DNA of 51,898 bases, the filler included, from Dimargaris cristalligena (Eukaryota): the NCBI GenBank assembly GCA_003614675.1. It is 3 parts of 3 records of this genome, joined end to end, with 100 filler letters (N's around TTAATTAATTAA, not from the genome) between each part and the next. Parts side by side here need not be neighbours in the genome. Positions count along the whole stretch, not along the records: positions 17,335 to 34,566 come from ML002814.1; 2 more parts are not named here. One strand, written 5' to 3'. A program made the position numbers and the translations under genes. Position 1 is the stretch's first letter, and every line of letters begins with the position of its first letter. Of the stretch, positions 20,428-31,723 are shown in pieces. The notes beneath the pieces are model-generated. The model saw only the letters and a program-made list of their open reading frames with translations, had not been told where the DNA came from and did not search any database.

Positions 20428-22958
20428 TTAATCGCTATCGTCGTCGTCCTCCTCTTCGGCGTTCGACAACCACTCTATGAACGGCGCCACCTTCTTTTTG
20501 ATTTCGCTCGTTGCGGGAGTCTCAGCATTCCATTTCAGGAACACGTCTTCCTCGATCAAGTCCAAATCATAGTTGAGCTTGAAGACCTGGGCGGCTTTGG
20601 GCAACCACGCACCGCCACCCATAGCGGCCGTGCTGTGATATGTGGTGAGGAAGCGGTCCCAAGCATTGAGCAGTAAGCGCTGGTCGGACGCCGACTTGAG
20701 GTAGTTGCTGAAGAGGGGCTTGTAGTGAAGCAAGGTGAGCCGGATGTTCTCGGGAGTGGGCCCCGAACCCAAGGAAGCCGGTGTATCTAAGAGGGCAGGG
20801 ATCAACAGCTGGAAGATTTGCTGCTTGGCGATATCGTGGCGGAATTCAAATCGGGTGATGTCCTTGGCGATCTCAGTCAGGGATCGCTTGGCACCACCAG
20901 TGCTACTATCAACTGGGGTAGGGGGCAGCAGTTGGCGAAGCTCGTTGATGAGAAGCTCGTCCTGAGCCGCGCGCGAGGTGGTATTAGTTGCGGCGGCGGC
21001 GGCGGCATGGGCAGCCGGGTCCCGAAGGTTAGGCGGGGGTTGGGTGAATTTGGCCATTTCCTCGGCGTCCATGGCGATAATGCGGGGCCGGCGGGGATCG
21101 CTACCGTTGGTATTGCTCTTCTTGGGCTTATTAGCCTTCCTACTCGGCTTGGCCTTGGCTGCGTCCTCAGGAGCAGCCGGGGATTGGGCCTGCTCGGGCG
21201 ATTGGGTTGAACTGGCGGTCTCCACGGAGGCCAGAGCCAGTGATTGGCGGTTGGCAGACATGTCCATGAAGGAAGTAGGGGCGGCCAGCGGGGTCCGGGG
21301 CTCCAGGAGAATGGGCTCGCGGTTGCGGTTGCTGCTCATGCCCCCACTGTGGCTATAGCCGGACTGGTAAGGGGAAGGGGTGTAGTGCCCCTGGTTGTCG
21401 TATTGGCTCTGGTACTGCTGCTGGGGGTGGTGGTGCTGGGAATGGCCCATGTTGTCGTAGCTGGGGTATGGGTGCTGGGGGGCGGGTCTACGTTGTAGCT
21501 CCTCGTTCCCGTGGGCGTAGGTGCATTTATGGCCATAGGGGCAGAAATTATCGCGCATGAATTTCTCACAGATTCTAGTTTTGTATAACGGGTTGTCAGC
21601 GGGGTTGGGCCGGTGGGACTGTTGGGTAGGGTTGCCGCCGCCATAGGGACCCGAGCGACCGCTGTCCTCGTAGTACGGATTGGGGCTCTGGCTGTGATGG
21701 CCCTGGTCGTGCCCGTGGTTGGGGCGGGTTCGGAGCTCAGCTTCACCGTGGGCAAAGGTGCACTTATGGCCATAGGGGCAGGCACCTTCGGTCTGGAAGG
21801 TTTCGCAGAGGCGTGTCTTATACAGGGGGCTGTCGGCTGGGTTGGGACGAGCTCCGGTCTGGGGAGGCTGGCCCTCACCGATGGTCGGACTCTGGTTGGG
21901 GGATTGGTGGTTGATGCGCATGCTTTGCATACGGTAGGTGATGCCCTGAGCATCTCCGCCATCGACGGAACCTGGACCATAGGGCCGGCGCTGGTGCGGT
22001 GGCCGATAGGAACTAGGGCCACCGTCCTCGCCGGTAGGGTAGGAGCGGCCACCCGAGGGCCGCGGGGCGCGCGGTCCTTCAGAACCGTATTCACCGGAGT
22101 CAGCCCGGGGGTAGCGACGATTACCGGCATCCCCTTCCACCACGCGCTGATGCGGGGGGCGGTACGCACGGCGAGTATCATCACCCCGGTCTTCGTCGGG
22201 GCTGGAAGAGCCGGTGGGACGCACGGGCGCGGGGCGGGCGCGGGGGCTGGGCTGGGCGAAGCGGGCGCGATTCTGCTCGATATAGTCGTGGGCGTCGGTC
22301 AGCACGGTCTGCATATTCGCATACATGGCCTTGTCAGTGGCATTTTCCAGGGGCAACCACGAGTGAATCATACCGGCACCCATACGGAAGGTGCGGTTGG
22401 GGTCCACCAGACGGGCTAGGTAGTAAGTAACATTCTTGGCCTGGGTACCCGACAGGTATTTAATAGAAGCGGAGAAATCGGGGTCAACCTGGAGATCTTG
22501 GATAGTCAGACCGGCCACATCGAGGGTCACGCGGATAGCGCACCTAGACGAGAGGTTCAACAGGGGCGAGAATATAAATATAAATGTATGGGTGTGAGTA
22601 TGGATATAGGTATACGGAGACTGGGATAATAACGGGGATTGAATCAATGGATTCGATGGAAAAGGGGCGGGTTGCTTTTTTAGAACCGGGCACTCAGGGG
22701 TCAATAGGGTTCTCCGAGGGGACACCGACCCAGGCGGGGTGGCGATGGGCCTTCCCACTCACCGATCACGAGTCGGACAGGTTGTTTTTATAATAGGTAG
22801 TGGGAGACTTACTGTTGCACTTCTTCTTGGCCAACGACTTTGCCCTTGGGGGGAGTCCAATGACGACGGTGGTTAAAAGTGTCGTTAATTAACAAAAACT
22901 CGGGTTGGTTTTTTTCAAGGCGAAAAATCAAGAGCCCGGCAGCGTTGATTGTCGACAT
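20428..22958 (-). CDS. 753-aa multidomain protein: degenerate NUDT2/Ap4A-hydrolase-like Nudix domain + 2 TTP-type CCCH zinc fingers + C-terminal eIF5-like W2 domain; exons 22958-22813 and 22543-20428
   Basis: Exon 1 reads MSTINAAGLLIFRLEKNQPEFLLINDTFNHRRHWTPPKGKVVGQEEVQ. A GTAAGT..CTAG intron (22812-22544) joins it in frame to QCAIRVTLDVAGL. Two YKTRxC-x8-C-x5-C-x3-H fingers follow. The C-terminus 'YDLDLIEEDVFLKW...APFIEWLSNAEEEDDDDSD' matches W2 AA-boxes. Confidence 0.9.
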
Positions 22959-23512
22959 GGGGCCTGGACACGAATAGAACGAGAAACACTACACTAGCTG
23001 AACCAATAAGCGAGTCGTTGGTAGACACAACTTTGAGGGGACTAGCCAAACTAGGGGAATTAGAGGAGATGCCGGAAAGGAGGAAGTTTCGAGAACCACT
23101 CTCTACAGACAGTAGCAGCGATAGGAGGAGATGGTGGGGCAGTTTTGGGAGAGAGGATCACCCGACAAACGACAAATGGGGCTGGAAAGAAATAGAAAGT
23201 GAGAGAGAGATGAGGATCGAGGTAAAGAGAACGTATGGTATGGTATAGGTCGTCACTTGCAGGTAGTAGACGGACAGAGAAGGAGGGAAACGACGAAACA
23301 AACCCACAGCGGAGTCCAAAAGGATTGATGAGACACAGAAGTGAAGGAGGTGAAGAAAAGAGGGAAATAGATGACCAGCGGCGAAAAGGGCGGATAGAGT
23401 GAGAGAGACAGTGTGTCAGAGTAAGAGAGAGAGGAAGGGAACGGACGTCACAGGGGTCTGTGTCTGGTGGGTGACACGCCTCCAGTCGAGCTCCGAGTAC
23501 TGCTAGTACTGC

Positions 23513-23542
<30 letters not shown>
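23513..23542. repeat. (TAG)10 microsatellite upstream of the Nudix-CCCH-W2 gene
   Basis: Ten perfect TAG units. Confidence 0.9.
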
Positions 23543-23544
<2 letters not shown>

Positions 23545-24025
23545 ATGACTAATAGTGGTATTCGCCTCTTACTCGACCCTTCTTCCTTCCATGCCTCCTC
23601 CATATAGGCTACTGGTGATACTGACTGATATTTTGGTATTATATAACTAACTAACTTACTAAACTACTACCTCGACTACTCCTCCTTCTCGTCCCGTTTC
23701 CTACATATTCAGCCACGAATTTCCCAGCTGCGATTGAAGGTCCCGCCGGCCTGGGCCATAAACAGTATCTTACCCGCCTGATCTATCCGAAAGTTCCGAG
23801 AACAAAAAAGGACGCCGCGCCACCCAGCCGGTTACAACCCCAAGTCTCGGTCATTCCACGACGTCATTGCATTTCCCAGCTCATCACATAAAAAGTATCC
23901 CCCTCCCTATAGTTTTATTAGTATGTGACGACCAATCCCTTAATTATCGAACGAAAAGCACAATGGAATCGAACCCTCCTCCCTACTACCACACTCCACA
24001 GTCTTTTGGTCAGCCCACAAGTCTC

Positions 24026-24035
24026 ATCACGTGAT
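24026..24035. promoter_or_regulatory. Palindromic E-box ATCACGTGAT (Cbf1/bHLH-type site) upstream of the Nudix-CCCH-W2 gene
   Basis: Matches RTCACGTGAY in the intergenic region. The same core lies upstream of GEP3 and SDA1. Confidence 0.4.
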
Positions 24036-24247
24036 AGTCAGGGCTGTTCCGTTTTAATTATGCCCTGGATTTTCACCGCGTCCATTGATTGAGCTAACTG
24101 TTGGGGAGGAGTGGGTATTAGTATGGACGACCACAGTGGATCCCTTCTCATCGGTTCCAGTGACCATCTCGGACTTCTTGAAGCGGTGGAGTTGGACATG
24201 CCAAAATGAGTTCCAGTCATTGGTGGATAGGCCCCTGCCTCCATTAT

Positions 24248-25082
24248 TCATAGCCAGGGCTCGGCAGTGCAGTCGTCAACCAGCTCATTGAGAATTCCGA
24301 ACAAGGGTGAATAGCGGCGCTGTCGGAGCTCTTGCCATGACGCCCAGATCCACCCGTCACTCTTATCAGGCTCCATTGTCTATTTCATTGGAAATAATAA
24401 TAATATATATCACATAATAAAGTCCCAGCGGGTGATTTGATTTGGGCGGGGATTAGTTCACAAGGAGAGTAGTAACATGCGGGGGGTTATAGAAGGGAAG
24501 GCTAGGGCCTTCAATATTCGCGATTCCAATCGTATATTAAATAATTACAAGTGAATTACTCACCACTGGCTGTGGATCCTCGTCTACACATTCCGCGGAA
24601 AAAAACAGGCTGATCCAGTGCTTCTGCGCTTCGGGAAATATTATCGTCTTTGGGCAAATGAATCGAACAGCGGTGGCCTCCAGGCCCGTTTCCTCCCGGA
24701 TCTCCCCTGTGACGGATAAATAAAGAGGCAATGCATAGGAGGGATACGGGGGATTGGTTTAGCCATGGTCGGCTCTAAGCCTTAAGTAACTACCGGGTCA
24801 TTTATCATTAGCGCTGGGCCTCTTATGAAGTGGTATGTCATGTTGATGAAACATAGTAGGCAAGAAGTGGCGTGTGATATGCGCACGCGGCTAGGCCATG
24901 GGCCTTGGTGACTTACGTAAACAGCTATCGGTGAAGGTTTCTCCGAATTCGATCGAACCCCCAGGTAGTTCCCAGCACCCATTGCCCAGTCCTCCTTTTC
25001 GCTGTCCAATCAGAACCCGTTGGTCAGATCGGCGGTAGAGGACCACCACCACGGCAACCCTGGGTCGGTTAACTTGGGACAT
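24248..25082 (-). CDS. Nudix hydrolase, NUDT15/MTH2-like, 146 aa; exons 25082-24917, 24706-24564, 24379-24248
   Basis: Spliced product: RPRVAVVVV..VLIGQRKGGLGNGCWELPGGSIEFGETFTDSCLREIREETGL (intact Nudix box)...KHWISLFF...MEPDKSDGWIWASW...PLF. Both introns are GT-AG and keep frame. Confidence 0.88.
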
Positions 25083-25722
25083 GCTAATCTGCGACTCGAC
25101 TCAACTCAGGGAATGGTACTGGTACTGGTAAGGTGGCTATGGACGAATGTATACACGATGAATGCTATTGTACAAGACTGGTGCTCACTGTATAGAGAGG
25201 AGGAAGTCCGGAGTTTTGAGTATAGAGAAGACTGGCAGTAAGAACAAGGGCGGAAATAGTCGGAACGGCTGCGGGATCATTTCCCTCACCATGGGAAGTA
25301 AGCAAGAAATAGATTAGAGAGTGCCAGCTTGGCGAGGCCTGCCAAGACAAGATAAGACGAGCCCATTCATTTGGACACAGTCGACGAGGAGACTCCCAAG
25401 AAACCCCTGCGGTTACGAGGGCCATGAGCTGCGTCTTGGGATGAAAAAGATAACTAGAGAAGGACGACGGCATTGTCAAAGCGATATCTCCTCTCCCATA
25501 TTAGTAATAAACAGGGCTCTACGTCACGATTAAGCTTTGCCTTGCATAGATTTGTGTTACGTCGTAGGTGAACTGAAACCCTGGACCTGCCCAAGTCGAC
25601 CTTATAAAACCCTGCCTATTTCCCTCCTTCATTTATATGTATCCCGCATTATCCTTCAACATTTCCCCCAACCCCCTTTCTTCCTTCTCAACTTACTGCC
25701 GTTTGATTAAGCAAGTTTCACC

Positions 25723-28377
25723 ATGTCTACTACTCAAATGCGCGCCGTACTGGTTAGCCAACCTGGTAAGTTAAACGTAATCCCCCGATTTCATGTTAAT
25801 GCGCTTTGTAGAATGCCACAGTTGGTCTTCCGTTTATTTGGGGTAAACTTGCCCCGTTCCTCGATATGAATGTTAATAACCCCCTACTATACCATCTCTG
25901 ACTTCTATTCCCCCCTTTACAGGTGATAGTAGCCAACTTCAATTGGGCGAAGTGCCCCGTCCAGCTCCTAGTCCGACTGAGATTTTGGTGAAGGTACACA
26001 TTGGCATATAATATAGACGGAGCACACAAGTCGAGAGCTTCCCCTGAGACGGAGACCCCCATTTTTTATTGATTAATCCTGACATCTACCCTTATCTGAA
26101 TTTGGGCTATTATTATTTCGTTAGATCAAGGCCATTGGTGTCAATCGCATGGACATTGAACAGCGTGAGGGCCGCTATCCCGTACCCGCCGGGGTTAGTT
26201 CGATTTTAGGCGTCGAAATGGCCGGGGTGATTGAAGCCCTAGGCTCGAAGGGTAGGTTATTTGATAGACAATCGGAGTCTCAACTCCCTTGTGTAGGCTG
26301 GTTAGAACCCCAATGGGCACCGGTTCCTCTATTCCCAATCCGCCAACCCCCCTATCATTCGACACCCAGCGCTTGATATCTAATTAATCCTCGACAATGA
26401 CTCCTCTGATTGATTATCTACATATTCCCCGTTTCACTCTTACATCCACCAAGTCACTGGCTTTAAAATCAGCGACCGAGTCTTCGGCCTGTTATACGGA
26501 GGGGCCTACGCTGAGGTATGCTATTTTTGACAACAGCCCTTAAATAGAGATTAATATAGCATTGGATATTCAGCAGCATAGGTGATCGATAGACTGACAT
26601 TGAATTTAGTCTAAATTTTCGCCATTACATTTGTTAACCATTTTCGCTTAATAACTACTATATTTGTCCTGACGTTCTCACTCACCCTAGTACTGCGTCA
26701 TTGACCAAATGGCCACCATGCTGATCCCTCCCGCCATGTCATTCGAAACGGCTGCCGCTATTCCGGAGGTGAGTTTGACCATAATAGTATTGACCCTAAG
26801 GGTCCTCAACTAGTGTGTGTTTATTACGTGTTCCAATTTCTACAAACTTAGGCATATCCGTTCCTTCATTTAACTAACCGATGAAATTGTACTTGTCAAA
26901 CTCTTACTCTCCATAGAATTGTTACACTGCCTGGCAGTCCATTGAGTCAGTCGCCAATCTCCAGCGGGGTAAGTGGCCAGTTATACATGTCCCTTTAGCC
27001 TCACATTCCTGGTATTAGTCTGATAACTATTTACGCCGTCCCTTTAACCATTCGATAGAAACACACCTAACCATAGTGGACGAACACGTATGTTGCACCA
27101 TCATCCCATCCATTTATTTTTCGAATAGGCCATGATATCTTGATCCATGCCGGGGCCAGCGGCGTGAGCACTGTCGGTATTCAAATTGCCAAATTCATCG
27201 GAGCGTAAGTTATAATTCAACATGAGCCTCTCTGTCTCGGCGGTTCACCTGCCGTAGGCTGCCTAGTTAGTCCTTTCCCACTGATCACAACCATAACTGA
27301 AATCCTGGACATGCCCTACAACGCATGTGACTAACCGGTGGACTATTTTGCTGATTTGTCCTGCTTGAAACAGTAAGCGTATTTTTACTACCGCAGGAAG
27401 TGATAAGAAGCTCGAACACTGCCGAAAGCTTGGTGCTACACATACGATTAACTACAGAACCGAGGATTTTGCTGAAGTTGTAAGTGCATAGCCGCGCGTA
27501 TTTAGGTTCCCACTGCTTCCCAGTTAACGCTATTTTGCATGAGACATTATAGAACGAGGTTAGTAAAAACATTCTTGGAATTCTTTTGTACGGGGGATCC
27601 ATCTCACCTCATCACTTTGCTATTGCGTTTAATTTCACTACTATTAGATTCACCGTGAAACCGAAGGCCGCGGCGTGGACGTCATCATTGATTATATCGG
27701 GGCGGACTATTGGAATCGTAACATGGCAAGTCTCACCGTCGATGGCCATATGGTGATGCTAGCATTCCTATCCGGTAAGTTTAGTCTAAGGGCACATATT
27801 TATATGTGTATGGGAGTTTCACCGTCCTTGAATTGCGGCTGTTTTGTCGATTCAACACCTGTCCACACCTTTATACTGAAGAATTAACTAAACTGCGCTT
27901 GATTGATATGTTCATTAACCCGTTGTATTGTACAGGTGCCCAAGTCTCCGAAGCCAACATCGCACCCATTTTATTCAAGAGATTGAACGTAAGATATTTG
28001 TGTTTTTTTAGAATTGCGGAATATGGCTTGTTCAATGTTACATAAACCACACCCAAAAATGACTTTCCGGTTTGAGTCAATGGTCTAATTTTGTACCGAA
28101 CTGATAACTTTACCTTGCTAATTCCAACGCGGTAACATTAATGCAATCCATACTTGATGTTTCCCAGATACACGGATCCACCCTGCGGTCCAGAACACTG
28201 GCCTACCAGCGCCAGCTTAAGCAAGCCACGGAGAGTAACATTCTGCCCCGTGTGACTAACCAGCAGTTCGTGATCTGTATTGACCGGGTGTTCCCTTGGG
28301 AAGAGGTAGCTCAGGCCCATGAGTACATGGAGGCCAATCACAACCTCGGCAAAATCATCCTGAAGGTCGAGGACTAA
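25723..28377 (+). CDS. NADPH:quinone oxidoreductase, PIG3/zeta-crystallin-like (MDR family), 334 aa, 11 exons
   Basis: Exons 25723-25765, 25923-25993, 26125-26251, 26454-26515, 26691-26768, 26917-26968, 27129-27204, 27374-27479, 27648-27774, 27936-27988 and 28168-28377 splice in frame. Motifs MRAVLV, GVNRMDIEQREGRYP, ILGVEMAG, GGAYAEY, AAAIPE, LIHAGASGV, GSTLRSR, AHEYMEANHNLGKIIL. Confidence 0.92.
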
Positions 28378-29440
28378 ACCAAGCGCCCGGAACAACCCCT
28401 GGGGCCCGCTGTCTTAAATCGATGGATGTTTTTTTTTGGTAAATATAAAGCTGGAGTCCTCCTACTTCATTGCGGTTTTCTTTTAAGGGTGACTTGATGG
28501 GTGAAGTTGACTATATACTGCAGTAGTCTTGACCTATTATTGAGTAGAATATGTGAATAAAAACGCGATATATGATTAAGTGAACAGTATGCTACGGTGG
28601 TTAACTATGAAAAAGGTACATTGGGCGGAGTCTTTAAATGCACCTCCCTATTTTGGCACCAGAGGAGGGGCAGCTTCTCGTGGAAGAGTTTTCGGGTGGA
28701 GCCTCTCTATGAACCATTGGGTCTACCTATGTTATCCGTACCTTCGTGTTCGCCATAGCTATTAGAGCCACTGTGGTGGCTATTGCTATCATTATCGCGA
28801 TCACCACATCCTCTGTGGGGAAAACTGAGTTCAAGGGCGGTCCGAGTGGGAAAATCGACAGCACCAGACTAGCATACGTGATCGCCCTGGTGGAGAATTA
28901 ACGAGACTACTTGGAGGGCTAATCTCTAGAAATGGGACTGGCACAGAAGAGCAGACAAAGTGAGAAGCTGGTTTGAACCAGGGGGGTAGAGGCCTCATAC
29001 TCCCATACTCCATAAGTCCACTCTGGTTCAATGGCTAGGATTTACCGGCCATTATGGCCCTCTAGCTTCTAAAAGATAAGATAGTATTGTTCTAAGCAGA
29101 CTGGGGAGTGTCTTTGAACAAGACGATGTGGGCAATTGAAACTATGCCCAATTAAAAATCCTCGCCGGACAACCTCCTTCGAATGTCGCACGACCACTAT
29201 AACCAAGAGGTATACTCCAATGGGAGTATGTAGGAGGGCCCCCACCAATTATGGAGACGTACACCTATATTTGAGTTTAGATGAGCCAGTTCCAAGAATT
29301 AGTGAATGAACATGTCCTTCTCATTTTTAAGGATCAGCAACGATGAGTCGACAACCTGTAATAGTGCGTTCAATATTCATTAGCCCCAACTGAGAATCCC
29401 CGTTTTACCTGCCACTGCCAATGTCGCCGTATATCGTTAT

Positions 29441-29573
29441 GGGAGAGGTCAAGTTCAGCTACATAACGAATATGCCGGTTAATTCCAAGTATTACAAGCT
29501 AAAATCAATATTCCCCCAATTTGCTTGTCTCCGTATAATTTAAAATGCCACACAGTTGTGTTCCATTTCACCC
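29441..29573 (+). mobile_element. Older, diverged copy of the MITE (~133 bp)
   Basis: GGGAGAGG...CAGCTACATAACGAA...AAGTATTACAAGCTAAAA...TTCCCC...ATTTCACCC, flanked by TTAT and ATAT, colinear with 9977-10112. Confidence 0.55.
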
Positions 29574-31698
29574 ATATAGGCTCATTCTGTGCTTAAGGCG
29601 TAGGGAACTTGGGATGACGCATGCCACTTCTCCATATATAAAAACCGCGATTTTCTATTTGGCCGATTGAGCTTGGAATTGCCCGCCGCTTACCTAAAAG
29701 GGAATAATTCGCTATGATGGCCCTGGTGATGTACTCCCCACTAGTGGGGTTAGACGAACGCCCGGATTTTTAAGTAGTCAGCCTCACTCGACGGCCGAAG
29801 TACCCAATGAGGTCCGAGTGATTAACGGACTGACATGATGTGTATACTAATGGTACGCATCCGCCAGTATCGGTTAATAATTGCTTCTCCCTATGGATTG
29901 AACTGCCCGCGGCCGTGCCCTGGATTGATTGGTGCAAAGGTTAATTGTATAAAAAGAGAAATAATAAAAACACACTGGCTTAATTGTAACTATCTGACAA
30001 TGCTAGCTCTATTCTTAGGCCAAACGAGCCATCATTTCACAGCCAACATTCACCCTACCCTCCTTCGTTGCTGCCCTTTCAACACGATGGTTCAAAGGTG
30101 GTTTCGCGAAGAAGCCTGTACCCGTCTGTAGTATACCTATTATTGACCTGAAAATAGATGAACTATTTTGGTCGGCTTGCCGCAGCCCTAAAGGGTACAG
30201 TGGGGGAAATGAGGAGATTAGTTTGGCCCCATTGTCTAGGGTATGCAGCTGGTATGTAGAAGTCAAAGTTCGGCCTGCCAATTGATATCAATGTTGCTTT
30301 TACAAATACGACTACTTGGGCTACATTCAATAGTTCGGCTAAGGGATATACCGCTAGTTTGATTACTCTGGTGGGTCTATCCGGAGCGGGAGATTGGTCA
30401 AAAGGGGTCGGATGTTCATTCGTGATATGTTCGTTCTGGGCCTCATTCTTTTTAATAAAGCCTTGTATACCACCAATGACATTGTAGAAGGGAACCAGGT
30501 ACCTAGTGGGTTAACATATCGCCGGTCCTCCCCGATTCCCCAACCGTTCTTCAACATTAATATGAACCTAAAAGTGGGTAATCACGAAGCAGCAATAGGT
30601 ATCCCATTGGCACCTTCACGCATGGTATAGCTACCCCCCTGGCTAGTTGGCCGTTAGGCCAGTAATATTGCTTCCATATAATTGGCTCTAAAGAACGACG
30701 GAACTGGGGGAACCCGTCTGTTCACTTGATTTTTGTTGATTTACGGATGGTCACAAAAGTAGCTTGACCAGACAAACAGGTTAGTCCAAACTAAGCCAGG
30801 GTTGAAGGTCCAGGAAACGCCAACGCGGCGTGGTATTCGCTAGCTCAGTAGTCACCTATAATAGTGAGTTTGGCCGTTGATTATGGCCATGCTAAAAAAG
30901 AATGGCGATAATTCTTGGCAAGGATTTTTAAAACCACATTCTTCACTTCCAATTTATACACTAGAATTAGGCCATCCATCACTCCAAAAAATGAATAACA
31001 TTCCCGCTAATGAGGTTTTATTCGTCATTGTTAGTAAAGCAGGGGGGTAGGTGGAGGTATCACATTGACAATCCACAGGTTAGTTATTCGTGCGGAAAAA
31101 GCTCGCACCTGATAAGACAAAACTGGGAATCCAACTCGGAGGAAGGAACTGAAGAGAGCGTCGCTTTCCTTATCCGTGAGTATTCGTAAAAGGCCACGGT
31201 TTATTTACCCGCTCTCAGTGGGGAGGGACACCCATTGGCCCACCCTCAACAACGTTGGCTTTAACCCACTTAACCATATGGGGCAGTGATAGGCTGTATT
31301 AGGGATATCACTCGGCCTGAAACGTTGACTTACCAACACTATGGGCTTTTCGCTTCAGCCCAGCTGCCTTTGCCGGGACAATCTAACCGCCGATCCTCCT
31401 ACTTCCCAGTAAGCAGTTGGCCCACTTTGGCGGCCAGTGTTGCTCTCTGTCTTCCTAGCTCTAAGCAAACATTGGTCGTGGACCCACACCCAATGGCCTA
31501 AGGGGTGCTGAATTGGCTAATCTCGGATTCATCAAAGATGTCCAAGAGGTCTACATGGCATTGGGGTGGGAGAGTGGAGGCCAGGGCGAGTTGAATGGTC
31601 GAAAGTTCAAGACGAAAATCTTGCCTTAATGGAACGGGTTGCTCAGGACAAAGGCGAGAAAATTGCCAGGCCACTCAATAAATTACACTTGCTTTCCA

Positions 31699-31723
31699 TA
31701 TTATTATTATTATTATTATTATT
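31699..31723. repeat. (TAT)n microsatellite
   Basis: About eight TAT units in the long intergenic region upstream of the LPMO gene. Confidence 0.85.

Noticed and set aside
22544-22758. ORF-track N-terminus (GTG start at 22758) for the 776-aa ORF
   Set aside because: This stretch is intron read-through. A canonical GTAAGT..CTAG intron joins an ATG exon at 22958 that restores the Nudix domain.
28499-28648. Possible fifth, inverted MITE copy (GGGTGAAGTTGA...CTCCC)
   Set aside because: Only the termini resemble the family; length, internal sequence and flanks do not fit.
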